A stretch of DNA of 64,000 nucleotides from Myxococcota bacterium (GTDB lineage: Bacteria > Myxococcota_A > SURF-8): contig OZ223209.1 in NCBI GenBank assembly GCA_965140415.1, positions 2,592,001 through 2,656,000 of the forward strand. Reading direction: 5' to 3'. Both the position numbers and the translations under genes were made by a program. This document shows, piece by piece, positions 35,627-45,850 of the stretch. The notes under the pieces are model-generated. The model searched no databases, was not told the DNA's origin, and was given only the letters and a program-made list of their open reading frames with translations. Position 1 is the stretch's first letter. Each line of letters opens with the position of its first letter.

Positions 35627-36316
35627 TTAGGCTGCTTGCTCCGTGACTTCTGCATCGCCATCTGCCACATCGCCATCTGGTGTGTCACCGTCTGCCACGT
35701 CGCCATCCGCAACATCACCATCGGGAGTGTCACCGTCTACGACATCTCCATCCGCAACGTCACCGTCGGGAGTGTCACCGTCTGCCACGTCGCCATCCGC
35801 AACGTCGCCGTCGGGAGTGTCACCGTCTGCCACGTCGCCATCCGCAACGTCGCCATCAGGAGTGTCACCGTCTACAACATCTCCATCCGCAACGTCACCG
35901 TCGGGAGTGTCACCGTCTGCCACGTCACCGTCTGCCACGTCGCCATCGGGAGTGTCACCATCGGACGTGTCTCCGTCAGGAGTATCACCATCGGGCGTGT
36001 CTCCGTCTGGTGTGTCGCCATCAGGCGTATCACCGTCGGGATTGTCTCCGTCTGCAACATCGCCGTCTGTAGTATCTCCGTCCGTCACATCGCCGTCGGC
36101 TTGTTCCACAACGCAAGTCCCGTCTTCGCAGACTTTGCCCTCTTCGCAGGTGACATCCAGACAGGCGTCCACGCAAACGCCTTCCACGCATTTCTGACCG
36201 CCGGGGCAGACCGCCACCAGGCAGTTATCGGTTGCATAGTCATCCCCCTGACAGCCGGAGAAAGCGCCCATACCGAGCGCGACGATGATGACCACATAAA
36301 GTGCTTGTTTCCGCAT
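35627..36316 (-). CDS. Cys-rich lipoprotein with 30 DGDxx repeats
   Basis: Lipobox FSGC; GGAGG RBS before ATG 36316; two EGF-like Cys units. Confidence 0.85.
   Translation of the reverse strand: MRKQALYVVIIVALGMGAFSGCQGDDYATDNCLVAVCPGGQKCVEGVCVDACLDVTCEEGKVCEDGTCVVEQADGDVTDGDTTDGDVADGDNPDGDTPDGDTPDGDTPDGDTPDGDTSDGDTPDGDVADGDVADGDTPDGDVADGDVVDGDTPDGDVADGDVADGDTPDGDVADGDVADGDTPDGDVADGDVVDGDTPDGDVADGDVADGDTPDGDVADGDAEVTEQAA
35648..36097 (-). repeat. 15-bp coding tandem repeat (DGDTP/DGDVA), with 45-bp higher-order period
   Basis: 30 units counted from the translation. Confidence 0.9.
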
Positions 36317-36374
36317 TCTATTTTCCCTCCGTTTGACCGGTAGCCGAACGTTATTTGTCGTTCGGGTCAAGTGT

Positions 36375-36689
36375 TCATTCGCTTTCAAGTTCGGCTTCCA
36401 CCGTATCCTGTTCGTTTTCGGTGCTGTCCATATCGCCGTCGAGCTGATCTCCGTCTGTTTGGTCGCCGTCTTCTTCCTCTTTCACGCAGACGCCGTCCTC
36501 GCAGACCTTGCCTTCTTCGCAGCTCACATCTTTGCAGGCGTCCACACACACGCCGTCCACGCATTTCTGACCACCGGGGCAAACCGCCACCAGGCAGTTG
36601 TCCGTGGCGTAATCATCGCCCTGGCAACCGATAAGAAGGCTCGCGCCAACGAGCACCACCCCTGCGATCAGGGTCGCAACGTGTTTCAT
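36375..36689 (-). CDS. Cys-rich lipoprotein, tandem paralog of 35627-36316
   Basis: Near-identical mature segment GCQGDDYATDNCLVAVCPGGQKCV; only 3 DGD units. Confidence 0.85.
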   Translation of the reverse strand: MKHVATLIAGVVLVGASLLIGCQGDDYATDNCLVAVCPGGQKCVDGVCVDACKDVSCEEGKVCEDGVCVKEEEDGDQTDGDQLDGDMDSTENEQDTVEAELESE

Positions 36690-36768
36690 GTGCGTCTCCC
36701 GCGTTGTCATTCTATTTGAATGTCGATACGGTGCTATTATAGCAGAGAGCGGAGAATTATCAACAGAT

Positions 36769-39351
36769 TCATTGCGTTGATGCGGAATTCACGCGGTTTT
36801 GTATTCCTGTATCCGGCAAACGATCCACCGACCAGCGCCGGGGGAGGTTGCCGGCTTGGGGAGCTTGCGCCAACGGCGTTTTCGTGGGTGGTGCGGCCAG
36901 GGCGTTTTGCGGTGTGCGCCCGGTTACGATCGACTTCTTAGTCTCTCCGGGTGGGTGAATCCAGCCGCTGGGGCAGACACGGTGGTAAATTTCCGGACCT
37001 GCTACGATGTAAACATCGGAACCGCCTTGAGGACGATCTAGGATTACAGCGTTTATAACATCCGAACTTGAGAGTGTAAGCGTGTGGGTAATGGCAAGTT
37101 CAGGAGATAAAATCCAGAAGGAAGAATCTCGATAGAACAGGATCTCACCGGAAGGCATTTGAGCAAAAGGATAAACTCCCCAATCAACAAGCTGGGTCAT
37201 GTTGTTGAAATCATTAAGATATCCATGACGTATTCCATTGCCAAAGTATATTTCTTTTCCATCAGGTAGTTTGTGAATACCGTAGATTGGCAGTCTTTCT
37301 GGCAGATCCGTTAGTAATTCTGCTTCCCCTTGCAGATCGATTCGGTAAACATAATGATGTTGAACTTCAAGTTCGTTAAACGGTATTGTTACATAGATTG
37401 TTCCTAAAGTGACAAAAAGACGATCCATATAGTCACGGATTTCTAATAGATTCAATGGTGTGATATCGTTCCAGGTGTTTCCTGCATCGTCTGTGTACCA
37501 GATGGCCCTAGCAGAACCCATGCGACCAAGAAAAATAGCAGAGTGTTCATCTAGTTGGTTGTAATCATTTGCTCGATTCGAGGCTCCAAAGAGAAACTCA
37601 TCTTGCCATCCCATTTGATGATCCCAGAACATAAGACTGTCTATATACTTTTCTGAACCATGCGGATCCTCTCGTTCCAGAAGTGCCAACATCCAAGTTT
37701 TATTTCCCATAAAAGCAATCGAGTGAAGGTGAGAAATGGAAGAATCAAGGGGAGAATGTGGAGTGACTTGAAAACAACCATTTTTGTAAAAGAGTAATTC
37801 AATCCAACTGATCTGATTTGATCTGCCAATCAACAAAGCATTATTTGAATAAACAAAATCGATAGAATATAGCATCGTAGAATTATATTGTTCAAATTCC
37901 ATCTGGTGTGGCAGGAACTCCATACCGTGCATGTCCCAGGTGTCGGTGACCGGATCGCCCATGTAAATGGCGCGGCGGAAGGCAATGATGCTCTTTCCTT
38001 GGGCCGTGACATTCACATTCAGAGCATTTCCCGCATAGTCGGGTACCGGTTGCGTAAAGGCGTAGGTCTGCGTTCCTTCGGAAAAAATGCGATAGTGGTC
38101 ACAGCCCTGAATCGTCACGTGCAGGCGGTTGTTGGCATCCAGAACGCCATCGGAGAGAAAAGCCTCCTCCGAACAGCCTTCCATCAGGTAGCTTCGTGTC
38201 CAGATTTTCGTCGTTCGGTCAAAGGAAAACAAGTCGCCATATTGATCCAGGATGTCGATGCGCTGCGCGCTTGTCAGGATCTTTATGGGAAAGGGGCGGA
38301 TCTCGTGGCTCAAATCCCCGGCCTCGTAGATCGTCCATGTTTCGTTTTCATAGACGGCCAGGTAAACCCGATAGAGTGGTGCTCCATCGACATATTGAGT
38401 GGGGCCAGCTACGACGATGGTATCACCGTCTGACGCAATGGCGGTTGGCAGCAGGCCAAAACCATCTTCCGTTTGCAGTGTATGTGCCACAGTTCCTGCA
38501 TCGCTCACTTGATATACGGACCCACTCCAGGGGGAGGTGATCCAAAGGCCTTCGCCTTGCCAGGCGTGTGCGTAGATCTGGGTCGTCAAATCCGGGCGCA
38601 AATCTGTTTCCCAATGATCGTCCACGAAAACATATACTCTGCGCAGGTCGTTCAACGAATGAAACATGTTTCCCGGTTTACTGGCCTGATTGTGAGGGAA
38701 TGAAACGGTGAAATCCTGCTGTAGAATCTCCAGTTCGCTATTCTTCCAGTATTCGCCATCCCATTCGGCAAAAGAATTCGCACCACTGCTTACAAGAATT
38801 TGGCCATCAGCACCAAGAAGCACCGGCTTTTGCGGTTCCAAGCTGCCTGCCATTCCTCCAATTGGATAGCTGTAGAGCCGTTGCCATGTATTGGGATAAC
38901 GCTCGGCCAAATCAGGGGCGCAGGCTGGGCGGGCACCAGGAAGGCCGCTGTTGTCAAAGATGTCAACTTCAAGAATATCATTGTCCGAAAAATCACTCTC
39001 AAGATCCGTTTCGATTTCAAGTTCCAGTTCAAATTCATTCTCGATATCAAGATCTGGGTCGAGGTCGGAATCTGCATCCAATTCACTGTCGCCATCCGGC
39101 GGTGTGGAATCCTGATCGCCATCCACGGATTCCAGCATTTCCTCGATCTCCGAGGGATCGGCATCCCGGTCCCCCGGAGGTAAAAGATCCTGTTCCATTT
39201 CCGATGGCAGATCCCGGTCCGGGTCGCTATCGCCGGAGAGATTTGCCGCGTTATCGGAAGAACAGGCGCAGAGCAGCGCCACAAGCAAAAGAGCCAGGAC
39301 CCGCAGAGGCACGTGGTACAACTTTAAAATGCCTGAATACTGCGCATCCAT
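36769..39351 (-). CDS. Large lipoprotein with DGD/acidic linker and probable beta-propeller repeats
   Basis: Lipobox LCAC; YTDDAGNTW Asp-box-like motif; start uncertain (39351 or 39381). Confidence 0.65.
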   Translation of the reverse strand: MDAQYSGILKLYHVPLRVLALLLVALLCACSSDNAANLSGDSDPDRDLPSEMEQDLLPPGDRDADPSEIEEMLESVDGDQDSTPPDGDSELDADSDLDPDLDIENEFELELEIETDLESDFSDNDILEVDIFDNSGLPGARPACAPDLAERYPNTWQRLYSYPIGGMAGSLEPQKPVLLGADGQILVSSGANSFAEWDGEYWKNSELEILQQDFTVSFPHNQASKPGNMFHSLNDLRRVYVFVDDHWETDLRPDLTTQIYAHAWQGEGLWITSPWSGSVYQVSDAGTVAHTLQTEDGFGLLPTAIASDGDTIVVAGPTQYVDGAPLYRVYLAVYENETWTIYEAGDLSHEIRPFPIKILTSAQRIDILDQYGDLFSFDRTTKIWTRSYLMEGCSEEAFLSDGVLDANNRLHVTIQGCDHYRIFSEGTQTYAFTQPVPDYAGNALNVNVTAQGKSIIAFRRAIYMGDPVTDTWDMHGMEFLPHQMEFEQYNSTMLYSIDFVYSNNALLIGRSNQISWIELLFYKNGCFQVTPHSPLDSSISHLHSIAFMGNKTWMLALLEREDPHGSEKYIDSLMFWDHQMGWQDEFLFGASNRANDYNQLDEHSAIFLGRMGSARAIWYTDDAGNTWNDITPLNLLEIRDYMDRLFVTLGTIYVTIPFNELEVQHHYVYRIDLQGEAELLTDLPERLPIYGIHKLPDGKEIYFGNGIRHGYLNDFNNMTQLVDWGVYPFAQMPSGEILFYRDSSFWILSPELAITHTLTLSSSDVINAVILDRPQGGSDVYIVAGPEIYHRVCPSGWIHPPGETKKSIVTGRTPQNALAAPPTKTPLAQAPQAGNLPRRWSVDRLPDTGIQNRVNSASTQ

Positions 39352-39542
39352 GAGGGCTCCTTTGCTACTGCGGTAAGCCATATTACAAATCGATTGCGAA
39401 AGTATTTATAATAATGCATAATAAAATGAATCCCGTCAAGTGATAAGATGTCTGACATATTCTGTCCTGTGCGATGAATGAAGAGCATGGGTCACTAGTG
39501 TCGGCGGGGTTGCATACAATTACATACCAACCGAAAGTCAAC

Positions 39543-39577
39543 AAAAAAACGAACCCCCGGCATCTGCCGAGGGTCCG
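39543..39577 (-). terminator. pyr operon terminator
   Basis: Minus strand CGGACCCTCGGCAGATGCCGGGGGTTCG followed by T7. Confidence 0.75.
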
Positions 39578-39603
39578 TGGGGAATGTGAATAGGGAAGGG
39601 CGC

Positions 39604-40869
39604 TCAGAGTTGATGGATGATCTTGCCTGCCGCAATGGTGGTAATGGCGCGGCCTGTCAGTGTGGCGTCCAGCCAGGGCGTGTTGCGGCTCTTCGAGCGG
39701 ATGATGTCCCTGCTATAGACCCACTCCGCATCCGGGTCGATAATGGTGATATCCGCATCCGCATCCACGCTCAATGTCCCTTTTTCCAGTCCCAGCAGGC
39801 GAGCCGGGTTGATCGTCAATTTGGCGATCAGATCCGAGGGCGAAAGCACCTCTTCTCGCACCAGGTTCAGCGCCAGCGGCAGCGCCGTTTCCAGACCCGT
39901 GATGCCGTTTAACGCCTGATCGAATTCCACCAGTTTGTCGGTTTCGACGTGCGGGGCGTGATCGGTGGCGATGCAGTCGATGGTGCCGTCTTTAAGTCCA
40001 CGACGTACGGCTTTGACGTGCTCCTCCGAGCGCAGCGGCGGATTCATTTTATAATTGGTGTCGTAACTGGTCAGGTGGGTGTCGTCCAAACTCCAGTGAT
40101 GGGGCGCGACTTCACAGGAAACAGCCAGTCCGCGTTTCTTGCCCTGCCGCACCAGATCGACAGCTTCTTTTGTGGAGACGTGTTGGATGTGGTAGCGCGA
40201 CTGGGTGAACTGCAACAACTGGATGTCACGTCCGGCCATGATGCTTTCCGCCGCCGAAGGAATTCCCGCCAGTCCAAGACGGGTGCTCATTTCGCCTTCG
40301 TGCATGCTACCGCCTGCGGAAAGATCGTGATCTTCGCAGTGCTGGCAAACCAGCAAGTTCAGGTTGCTGGCGTATTCAAGCGCGGAACGCATCACCGCCG
40401 AATTCATCAGGCAGTGACCATCGTCGGTAATCGCTACCGCACCGGATTTGACCATGTCCGCGATTTCCGCCAGTTCTTCGCCCTGCAAACCCTTGCTGAT
40501 TGCGCCCATCGGGTACACGTTGACGCCGTTGGCCTGCGAGGCCTGGTGCCGGATATACTCGACTACCGAGGCGTTGTCGCAAACGGGATTTGTATTGGGC
40601 ATGGTGGCAACGGAGGTATATCCGCCCGCTGCTGCTGCCTCGCAACCGCTCTGGATGGTTTCCTTGTATTCCTGGCCCGGCTCACGAAAATGCACGTGCA
40701 TGTCGATAAGCCCAGGAACCACCCATTTTCCCTTGGCTTCTATGGTTGTGACTTTTGCACTCTTGCTTTTGGGGGGCGCAACGATCTTGGAGCCCTGAAT
40801 GTAAAGATCGGTAACTTTATCTGTGCCGTTCGCCGGATCGATGACCCGACCGCCTTTGATGCGAATCAT
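39604..40869 (-). CDS. pyrC: Dihydroorotase
   Basis: DMHVHFREPG, MPNT, KMNPPLR, ATDHAPH. Confidence 0.95.
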   Translation of the reverse strand: MIRIKGGRVIDPANGTDKVTDLYIQGSKIVAPPKSKSAKVTTIEAKGKWVVPGLIDMHVHFREPGQEYKETIQSGCEAAAAGGYTSVATMPNTNPVCDNASVVEYIRHQASQANGVNVYPMGAISKGLQGEELAEIADMVKSGAVAITDDGHCLMNSAVMRSALEYASNLNLLVCQHCEDHDLSAGGSMHEGEMSTRLGLAGIPSAAESIMAGRDIQLLQFTQSRYHIQHVSTKEAVDLVRQGKKRGLAVSCEVAPHHWSLDDTHLTSYDTNYKMNPPLRSEEHVKAVRRGLKDGTIDCIATDHAPHVETDKLVEFDQALNGITGLETALPLALNLVREEVLSPSDLIAKLTINPARLLGLEKGTLSVDADADITIIDPDAEWVYSRDIIRSKSRNTPWLDATLTGRAITTIAAGKIIHQL

Positions 40870-40872
40870 GAT

Positions 40873-41799
40873 TTACTTGCCTCCCATCAAGAGATAGATC
40901 AACGCCATGCGGACCGCAACGCCGTTGGTGACCTGGTCCAGAATCACGGAGCGTTCGCCATCGGCCACATCCGGTGTCATTTCAACGCCGCGATTGATTG
41001 GTCCCGGATGCATGATGATGGCGTCCGGTTTGGCCAATGCGATGTTGTTGCGATTTAAACCGAAGGTCATGGCGTATTCCCGGTTGGAGGGGAACAGATG
41101 CTTGGGCATACGCTCTTTTTGAATGCGCAGCATCATCACAACATCCGCGCCCTCGATGGCTTCCTCCAGGCGGTGATGCACGGTGACATTCGGCCCCAGC
41201 CGTTCGATGTAGCGAGGCATCATGGTAAACGGTCCTGAAAGCCGTACATGAGCGCCAAGCTTGCTCAACCCGATGACATTGGAGTGCGCTACGCGACTGT
41301 GCGTGATGTCGCCGACGATGGCGACCTGAAGACCGTTGAAATCGGGCTTATGCTCTTGGATCGTCATCATGTCCAACAAAGCCTGGGTCGGATGCTCGTG
41401 GCCGCCATCCCCCGCATTGATGATGGGGCTTTGTGTGTGTCGCGCCAGCAACTGAGGCGCACCGGCTGAGCGATGGCGCATGATGATCAAGTCGATGTTC
41501 ATGGCTTCGATGTTGCGGGCGGTATCGATCAGGGTTTCGCCTTTAACGATGGAACTGCCGGTGGAGCCGATCGAGTAGGTGTCTGCCGACAGGCGCTTGG
41601 CCGCCATTTCAAATGATACCCGTGTTCGGGTGGACGGCTCGAAAAAGGCCATCACCGCCGTTTTGCCGCGCAGTGTGGGAACCTTTTTCACCGGGCGGGT
41701 TGAAATTTCCTTAAAACTTTTCGCCGTTTCCAGGATGAACTGAATGTCATCCGCGGATAGCGACTCCAAACCAATCAGATGTTTGTGCCTAAAGGCCAT
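40873..41799 (-). CDS. pyrB: Aspartate carbamoyltransferase catalytic subunit
   Basis: FEPSTRT, HEHPTQ, RIQKER, HPGP. Confidence 0.96.
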   Translation of the reverse strand: MAFRHKHLIGLESLSADDIQFILETAKSFKEISTRPVKKVPTLRGKTAVMAFFEPSTRTRVSFEMAAKRLSADTYSIGSTGSSIVKGETLIDTARNIEAMNIDLIIMRHRSAGAPQLLARHTQSPIINAGDGGHEHPTQALLDMMTIQEHKPDFNGLQVAIVGDITHSRVAHSNVIGLSKLGAHVRLSGPFTMMPRYIERLGPNVTVHHRLEEAIEGADVVMMLRIQKERMPKHLFPSNREYAMTFGLNRNNIALAKPDAIIMHPGPINRGVEMTPDVADGERSVILDQVTNGVAVRMALIYLLMGGK

Positions 41800-41810
41800 C
41801 GGTGCTCTCC

Positions 41811-42356
41811 CTACTGTTCAATGGCGTAGATAACGACTCGATCCTTCTTGCCTTCTTCCTTCAACAGCACCTCGACACGTTCATCATCATGTGTCGGGAT
41901 GTGGCGACCGACAAAATCGGGCTGAATGGGAAATTCCCGCAGGCCGCGATCCACCAGCACTGCCAGTTGAATGTATTTGGGTCGCCCGAAATCGATGATG
42001 GCATCCATGGCTGCACGGATCGTGCGTCCGGTGAACAGGACGTCATCGACCAGCACGATACGTTTGTCGGTGATGTCCGTGTCGATTTCCGTGGTTCCGA
42101 CTTCCGGCTGGCTCATCGAGGAGATGTCGTCGCGATACAGGGTGATGTCGATGATGCCGAGTTCAGGCGCTTCGCCTTCCATTTCTTCCAGAATCGTGTG
42201 CAGGCGTCGTCCAAGGTGCATACCGCCGGTGCGAATGCCAACCAGTAACAGGTCTTTCACCCCTCCGTTTCGTTCCACGATCTCACTGGCCAGGCGAACG
42301 AGAGCGCGTTGGATCTCCTTGTCGCCCATGACTTGAAGTTTTTCTCTCAGGTTCAT
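41811..42356 (-). CDS. pyrR: Pyrimidine operon regulator / uracil PRTase
   Basis: [38 protein letters not shown]. Confidence 0.95.
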   Translation of the reverse strand: MNLREKLQVMGDKEIQRALVRLASEIVERNGGVKDLLLVGIRTGGMHLGRRLHTILEEMEGEAPELGIIDITLYRDDISSMSQPEVGTTEIDTDITDKRIVLVDDVLFTGRTIRAAMDAIIDFGRPKYIQLAVLVDRGLREFPIQPDFVGRHIPTHDDERVEVLLKEEGKKDRVVIYAIEQ

Positions 42357-42390
42357 GGCTCCTCCATCCGTAACATGACCGAAAATACAT

Positions 42391-42425
42391 AAAAAAAACC
42401 TCTCCCGCCTACACGAGAGAGGTTT
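42391..42425 (-). terminator. Leader terminator (attenuator) upstream of pyrR
   Basis: Minus strand AAACCTCTCTCGTGTAGGCGGGAGAGG followed by T8, 35 nt before the ATG; candidate promoter TTGACA-17-TAAACC at 42555-42527. Confidence 0.65.
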
Positions 42426-42762
42426 GTTCCTGTTTGCTTAACCCATCTAACGGGTCTTTTAATATCACCATTCCGCTACCGGTCCTTATCCGTCGAAAGG
42501 AAACGTTTCGTTGGATTCGGAACTGGGGTTTACCAGTAAGCTTGCTGCTTGTCAAGCTGAAAAAGTAACTTCTTGCAAAGGATGCGATTTCAAGTCGTTT
42601 CTTAGCGGGTTACAAATGGATACCTGTGCTTCTATTAAAATAATGAAAAACCAAGCATCGCGATGAATCAAACGAAGAGCGACAAATGCGTGACCCGCAT
42701 ACAAAACTGTGCTAGGTTCCTGTCATCCTGTTTCCTGTAGGTGTTTTGATGGAGGTTGAGGC

Positions 42763-43482
42763 GTGTTAAGCGTATCGGAACAGATCGTGTTGGCTTCACG
42801 GGTTAGAATATCGAATATCTGGCTTTTTACGGACCCTTACGGCAGACGTGTCTTGGTGGATACCGGCCATGTTGTAGAACGCATGGCCTTGCTTGCGGAT
42901 TTGTGGCAGGCAGGTATACGCAAAAAAGGCGATCTGGATGCTGTCATCCTGACGCATCGGCACTGCGATCATGCAGGCAACGCCAACTGGCTTCGGAATC
43001 GATTCGATTGCCCGATATACTGCCATGAAAACGATGCCGCCTATCTGCGCAGGGAAAAGCAACCGGAACGGCTTCGTCGCGGTTTGGGGGCCTGGTACGA
43101 TGAACTGCTCTGCCGATTCGAAGATGTAGCGCCGATTCGTTGCGATGTGGATGGTGTTTTTAAGGCAGGACCGTGGCGCTTCGGACTGGAAGTGATCCCT
43201 GCATTCGGACATACGGAAGGTTCGGTCATGTTGTATCAGAAAGACCTGAAAGCCCTGTTTTCCGGGGATGTCCTTCTGGGTGGAATGCCTCCTCTATTTC
43301 TGCGTCCGTCGTTTTCTCTGGCTGTCGCTGCCTACAGTGTCGATGTCGAACAGGCGCATCGCCGGGTGGTCGATTATCTTCGCCAAGCGCCCGAGATTCA
43401 ACTGCTTTGTTCCGGTCATGGTAAACCTGTTTCGGAAAACCTGGCCTCCAGGTTGAATCGAATCGTGGAAACTGCGGCATGA
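42763..43482 (+). CDS. MBL-fold metallo-hydrolase
   Basis: LVDTG, THRHCDH, GHTEG, FSGD, SGHG. Confidence 0.9.
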   Translation: MLSVSEQIVLASRVRISNIWLFTDPYGRRVLVDTGHVVERMALLADLWQAGIRKKGDLDAVILTHRHCDHAGNANWLRNRFDCPIYCHENDAAYLRREKQPERLRRGLGAWYDELLCRFEDVAPIRCDVDGVFKAGPWRFGLEVIPAFGHTEGSVMLYQKDLKALFSGDVLLGGMPPLFLRPSFSLAVAAYSVDVEQAHRRVVDYLRQAPEIQLLCSGHGKPVSENLASRLNRIVETAA

Positions 43483-45821
43483 TGAGAATTCTTGGTCACA
43501 AATCTGCTCAGATCGCGTTTATTGCTGCGATCTTATGGATTGTCATAATCGCCGCGCTTCCCGCTTCTGCCGAGCAACTCGATTTGCAACCCTTGGGTGT
43601 GGACCCCTGGATGAGCGGTCCCGAATCGTTGACCAATGGTCAATTCATGTTGCAGTCTCCCAATCCGGTGGATGAATGCCGGGAGCCGGTGCCGTTGTGG
43701 GTGGTGGATCTGGGGGTTACGATCCCCGATGAACAAGGCAATCTGTCCATGATTGTCGGTGGGGATACCTTTTATTTGTCCGGACGCAACGAGATGCAAT
43801 GCCGGGCGTCTGGAGGAACCAAGCTGGCATGGTGCCGGGGTGTAAAACTCCCTGCGTTGGAAGATGCTTATTTCGAACAGTCCTGCACGATCGATGAGGA
43901 TTGCCCGCCTCCGGCCAATGGCTTGGCTTATCGTTGCTGGCAGCCACAGCAGTGGTGTGTTACGGAAGAGGTCTACAATTTCTGTACGCATTTGTTCGAT
44001 CCAAAGCTGATTCCGGATGTCGTGAAGTTCTGCATCAAAATGCGAGGCCGTCACGAAATTCCGGGGCAGGCTCCACTTTACGACGAAACGTTTTGCGATT
44101 GGATTCAGGGCGATTTGCGCTGCATGACGGAATTATACGACGACACTTGCAGCAAGGAATGCATGTTGCATGGCGGATTGCCTGAATGCGACGATCCCTG
44201 CACGGTGGAATGTATCCAGGCCTGCAATCGAAAAGGCACCTGCGATCATCGCAACAATACCTTTTACGATGCAAGCATCGAAGCGGACGGGCAGGGGGGC
44301 TACGTCGTAAAACTGCTGAAGGATCACCCTGAACTCATTATGAAGCGCGACTGGGAAGAGGGGCGCGGTGTGGCGTTGTTCGGTGTGTATCCCTACGATT
44401 ATTTCCGGGATCGAACCGGCGCGCTCTACATTTTCAGTGATACGCGCGTGTGGCTGAGTTGGTCGGTTCCCAAGGAAATTCGCCGTTCCGGGGTCGGGAT
44501 CTACTCGTTAACGGAAAACCGGCGTTTTGTATTTGAGGGCTATTCGCAAAAGCGTCCGCTTACTGCTGCCTGGAAGGGTGAACCCGTGCCGCCGGAGGTG
44601 CTCCCCCAGGTTCAGGGTGACAGTGACTATATCGCCTGGCAGCGCGCCTCTCAGTTTTCCGAAATTGCAGTCGTGCGTGATCTGCGGCGCTCTCCGTATC
44701 AGCCAGATAATTCGGAAACCTATATCCATGTGCTGGGAGCCGGGGTTTCCTGTGCTCCAGAGGATGTGCTGTGTCTGCGCTCGATCCATTCCGGTTTGGC
44801 GTATCTTTCCCGTATTCCAGACGATCCGAAGAGTATCGCCGACCCGATGACCTGGGAATACTACGGTGGCATGGTAAATGATCGCCCTGTCTGGCATCCT
44901 GCTTCTGCAACACCGCATGGACAGGAATTGTCGAAGCCGCTGTTCGGCCTGTCCGCGTTTTTCCCCTCCAGCGTCATGAAATACAAGCAGGAGTATTTGC
45001 ATATTGCCGTGCTGGCCAGCAGTGCGGAGGGTCCGAACGATGCGTTGCAGCTTCTAAGAAGTCCCGACGGTATTCACTGGTTCGACGGTGGTTGGTACCC
45101 ATTGGTGGAAAAAGAAAAACCGCAACGAACGAAATTTGCCTACTGTCCGCGCTGGTTGCAGAAAAACGAGCTTCCCAATGGAAATCTCGGGATCTTGATC
45201 AGTCATTGGTTGAGCTACGAAGGCTACCTGCGTGCTGCGGAGGAGTCGAAACGATTCCGCGATTACAACATGCGCAGCTTTCAGTTGCCACCGCCACAAA
45301 GCCGCGCGTTTCTGGTTCATAGCGATAGCTATACACCAACGAAAACAGGCGTGCTGGATCTACCAATTCACGTCTATCAACCCAAGGACAAGCGCCGCTA
45401 TCACGTCGCCATGCAATACTGTAGCTGCACCGAGGCGCAAGTAAAACAGGGGACTTGCCGAACGGGTTGCGCTCCATGGCAGCCGTTTTCTGCAAAGAAG
45501 CAAGATTCTTCCAAGTGGAAATGGGCTGAAAAGCTGAATGCTTCTAAACGAGTGTCCGCGCTGGATGGCGTTGCTACCGTAACGGTCCCTGCGCCAAAGC
45601 AGTGGAGAACATCACTGAAGTTAACATGGAATTGGAAGAAAGAAGGCGTCTCTGCCGCAGCGGTCGTATTGCGCTTCGGGTTAGTCGATATCGATCAGCC
45701 CCTGCCTTTTAAGCAGATGACACAGGCGTTGCGTGTCTTACCGGAGGTCTTTGAAAGAGACTGGACGTTGTGGCAGAAACCGTTGGGCTTTCATGCTAGC
45801 GATCCAATCCCACTACGGTAA
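43479..45821 (+). CDS. Secreted DUF4185-like protein with Cys-rich insertion
   Basis: Signal peptide; DLGV...GGDTF and WEYYGG motifs; Cys-rich block in the N-terminal third. Confidence 0.45.
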   Translation: MMRILGHKSAQIAFIAAILWIVIIAALPASAEQLDLQPLGVDPWMSGPESLTNGQFMLQSPNPVDECREPVPLWVVDLGVTIPDEQGNLSMIVGGDTFYLSGRNEMQCRASGGTKLAWCRGVKLPALEDAYFEQSCTIDEDCPPPANGLAYRCWQPQQWCVTEEVYNFCTHLFDPKLIPDVVKFCIKMRGRHEIPGQAPLYDETFCDWIQGDLRCMTELYDDTCSKECMLHGGLPECDDPCTVECIQACNRKGTCDHRNNTFYDASIEADGQGGYVVKLLKDHPELIMKRDWEEGRGVALFGVYPYDYFRDRTGALYIFSDTRVWLSWSVPKEIRRSGVGIYSLTENRRFVFEGYSQKRPLTAAWKGEPVPPEVLPQVQGDSDYIAWQRASQFSEIAVVRDLRRSPYQPDNSETYIHVLGAGVSCAPEDVLCLRSIHSGLAYLSRIPDDPKSIADPMTWEYYGGMVNDRPVWHPASATPHGQELSKPLFGLSAFFPSSVMKYKQEYLHIAVLASSAEGPNDALQLLRSPDGIHWFDGGWYPLVEKEKPQRTKFAYCPRWLQKNELPNGNLGILISHWLSYEGYLRAAEESKRFRDYNMRSFQLPPPQSRAFLVHSDSYTPTKTGVLDLPIHVYQPKDKRRYHVAMQYCSCTEAQVKQGTCRTGCAPWQPFSAKKQDSSKWKWAEKLNASKRVSALDGVATVTVPAPKQWRTSLKLTWNWKKEGVSAAAVVLRFGLVDIDQPLPFKQMTQALRVLPEVFERDWTLWQKPLGFHASDPIPLR

Positions 45822-45850
45822 AAAAAACCGTAGAAGGATGGAAAGAGAAA

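Noticed and set aside
35648-36097. CRISPR-like periodicity
   Set aside because: 15-bp in-frame coding repeats with no unique spacers and no cas genes.
39388-39398. Partial copy of the island palindrome (AATCGATTGCG)
   Set aside because: Only 11 contiguous bases of 16 and asymmetric; may be chance.
39949-41058. 369-aa + strand ORF and similar long antisense ORFs (e.g. 50665-51414, 58730-59500, 16730-17491)
   Set aside because: Shadow frames opposite well-supported genes in GC-rich DNA.
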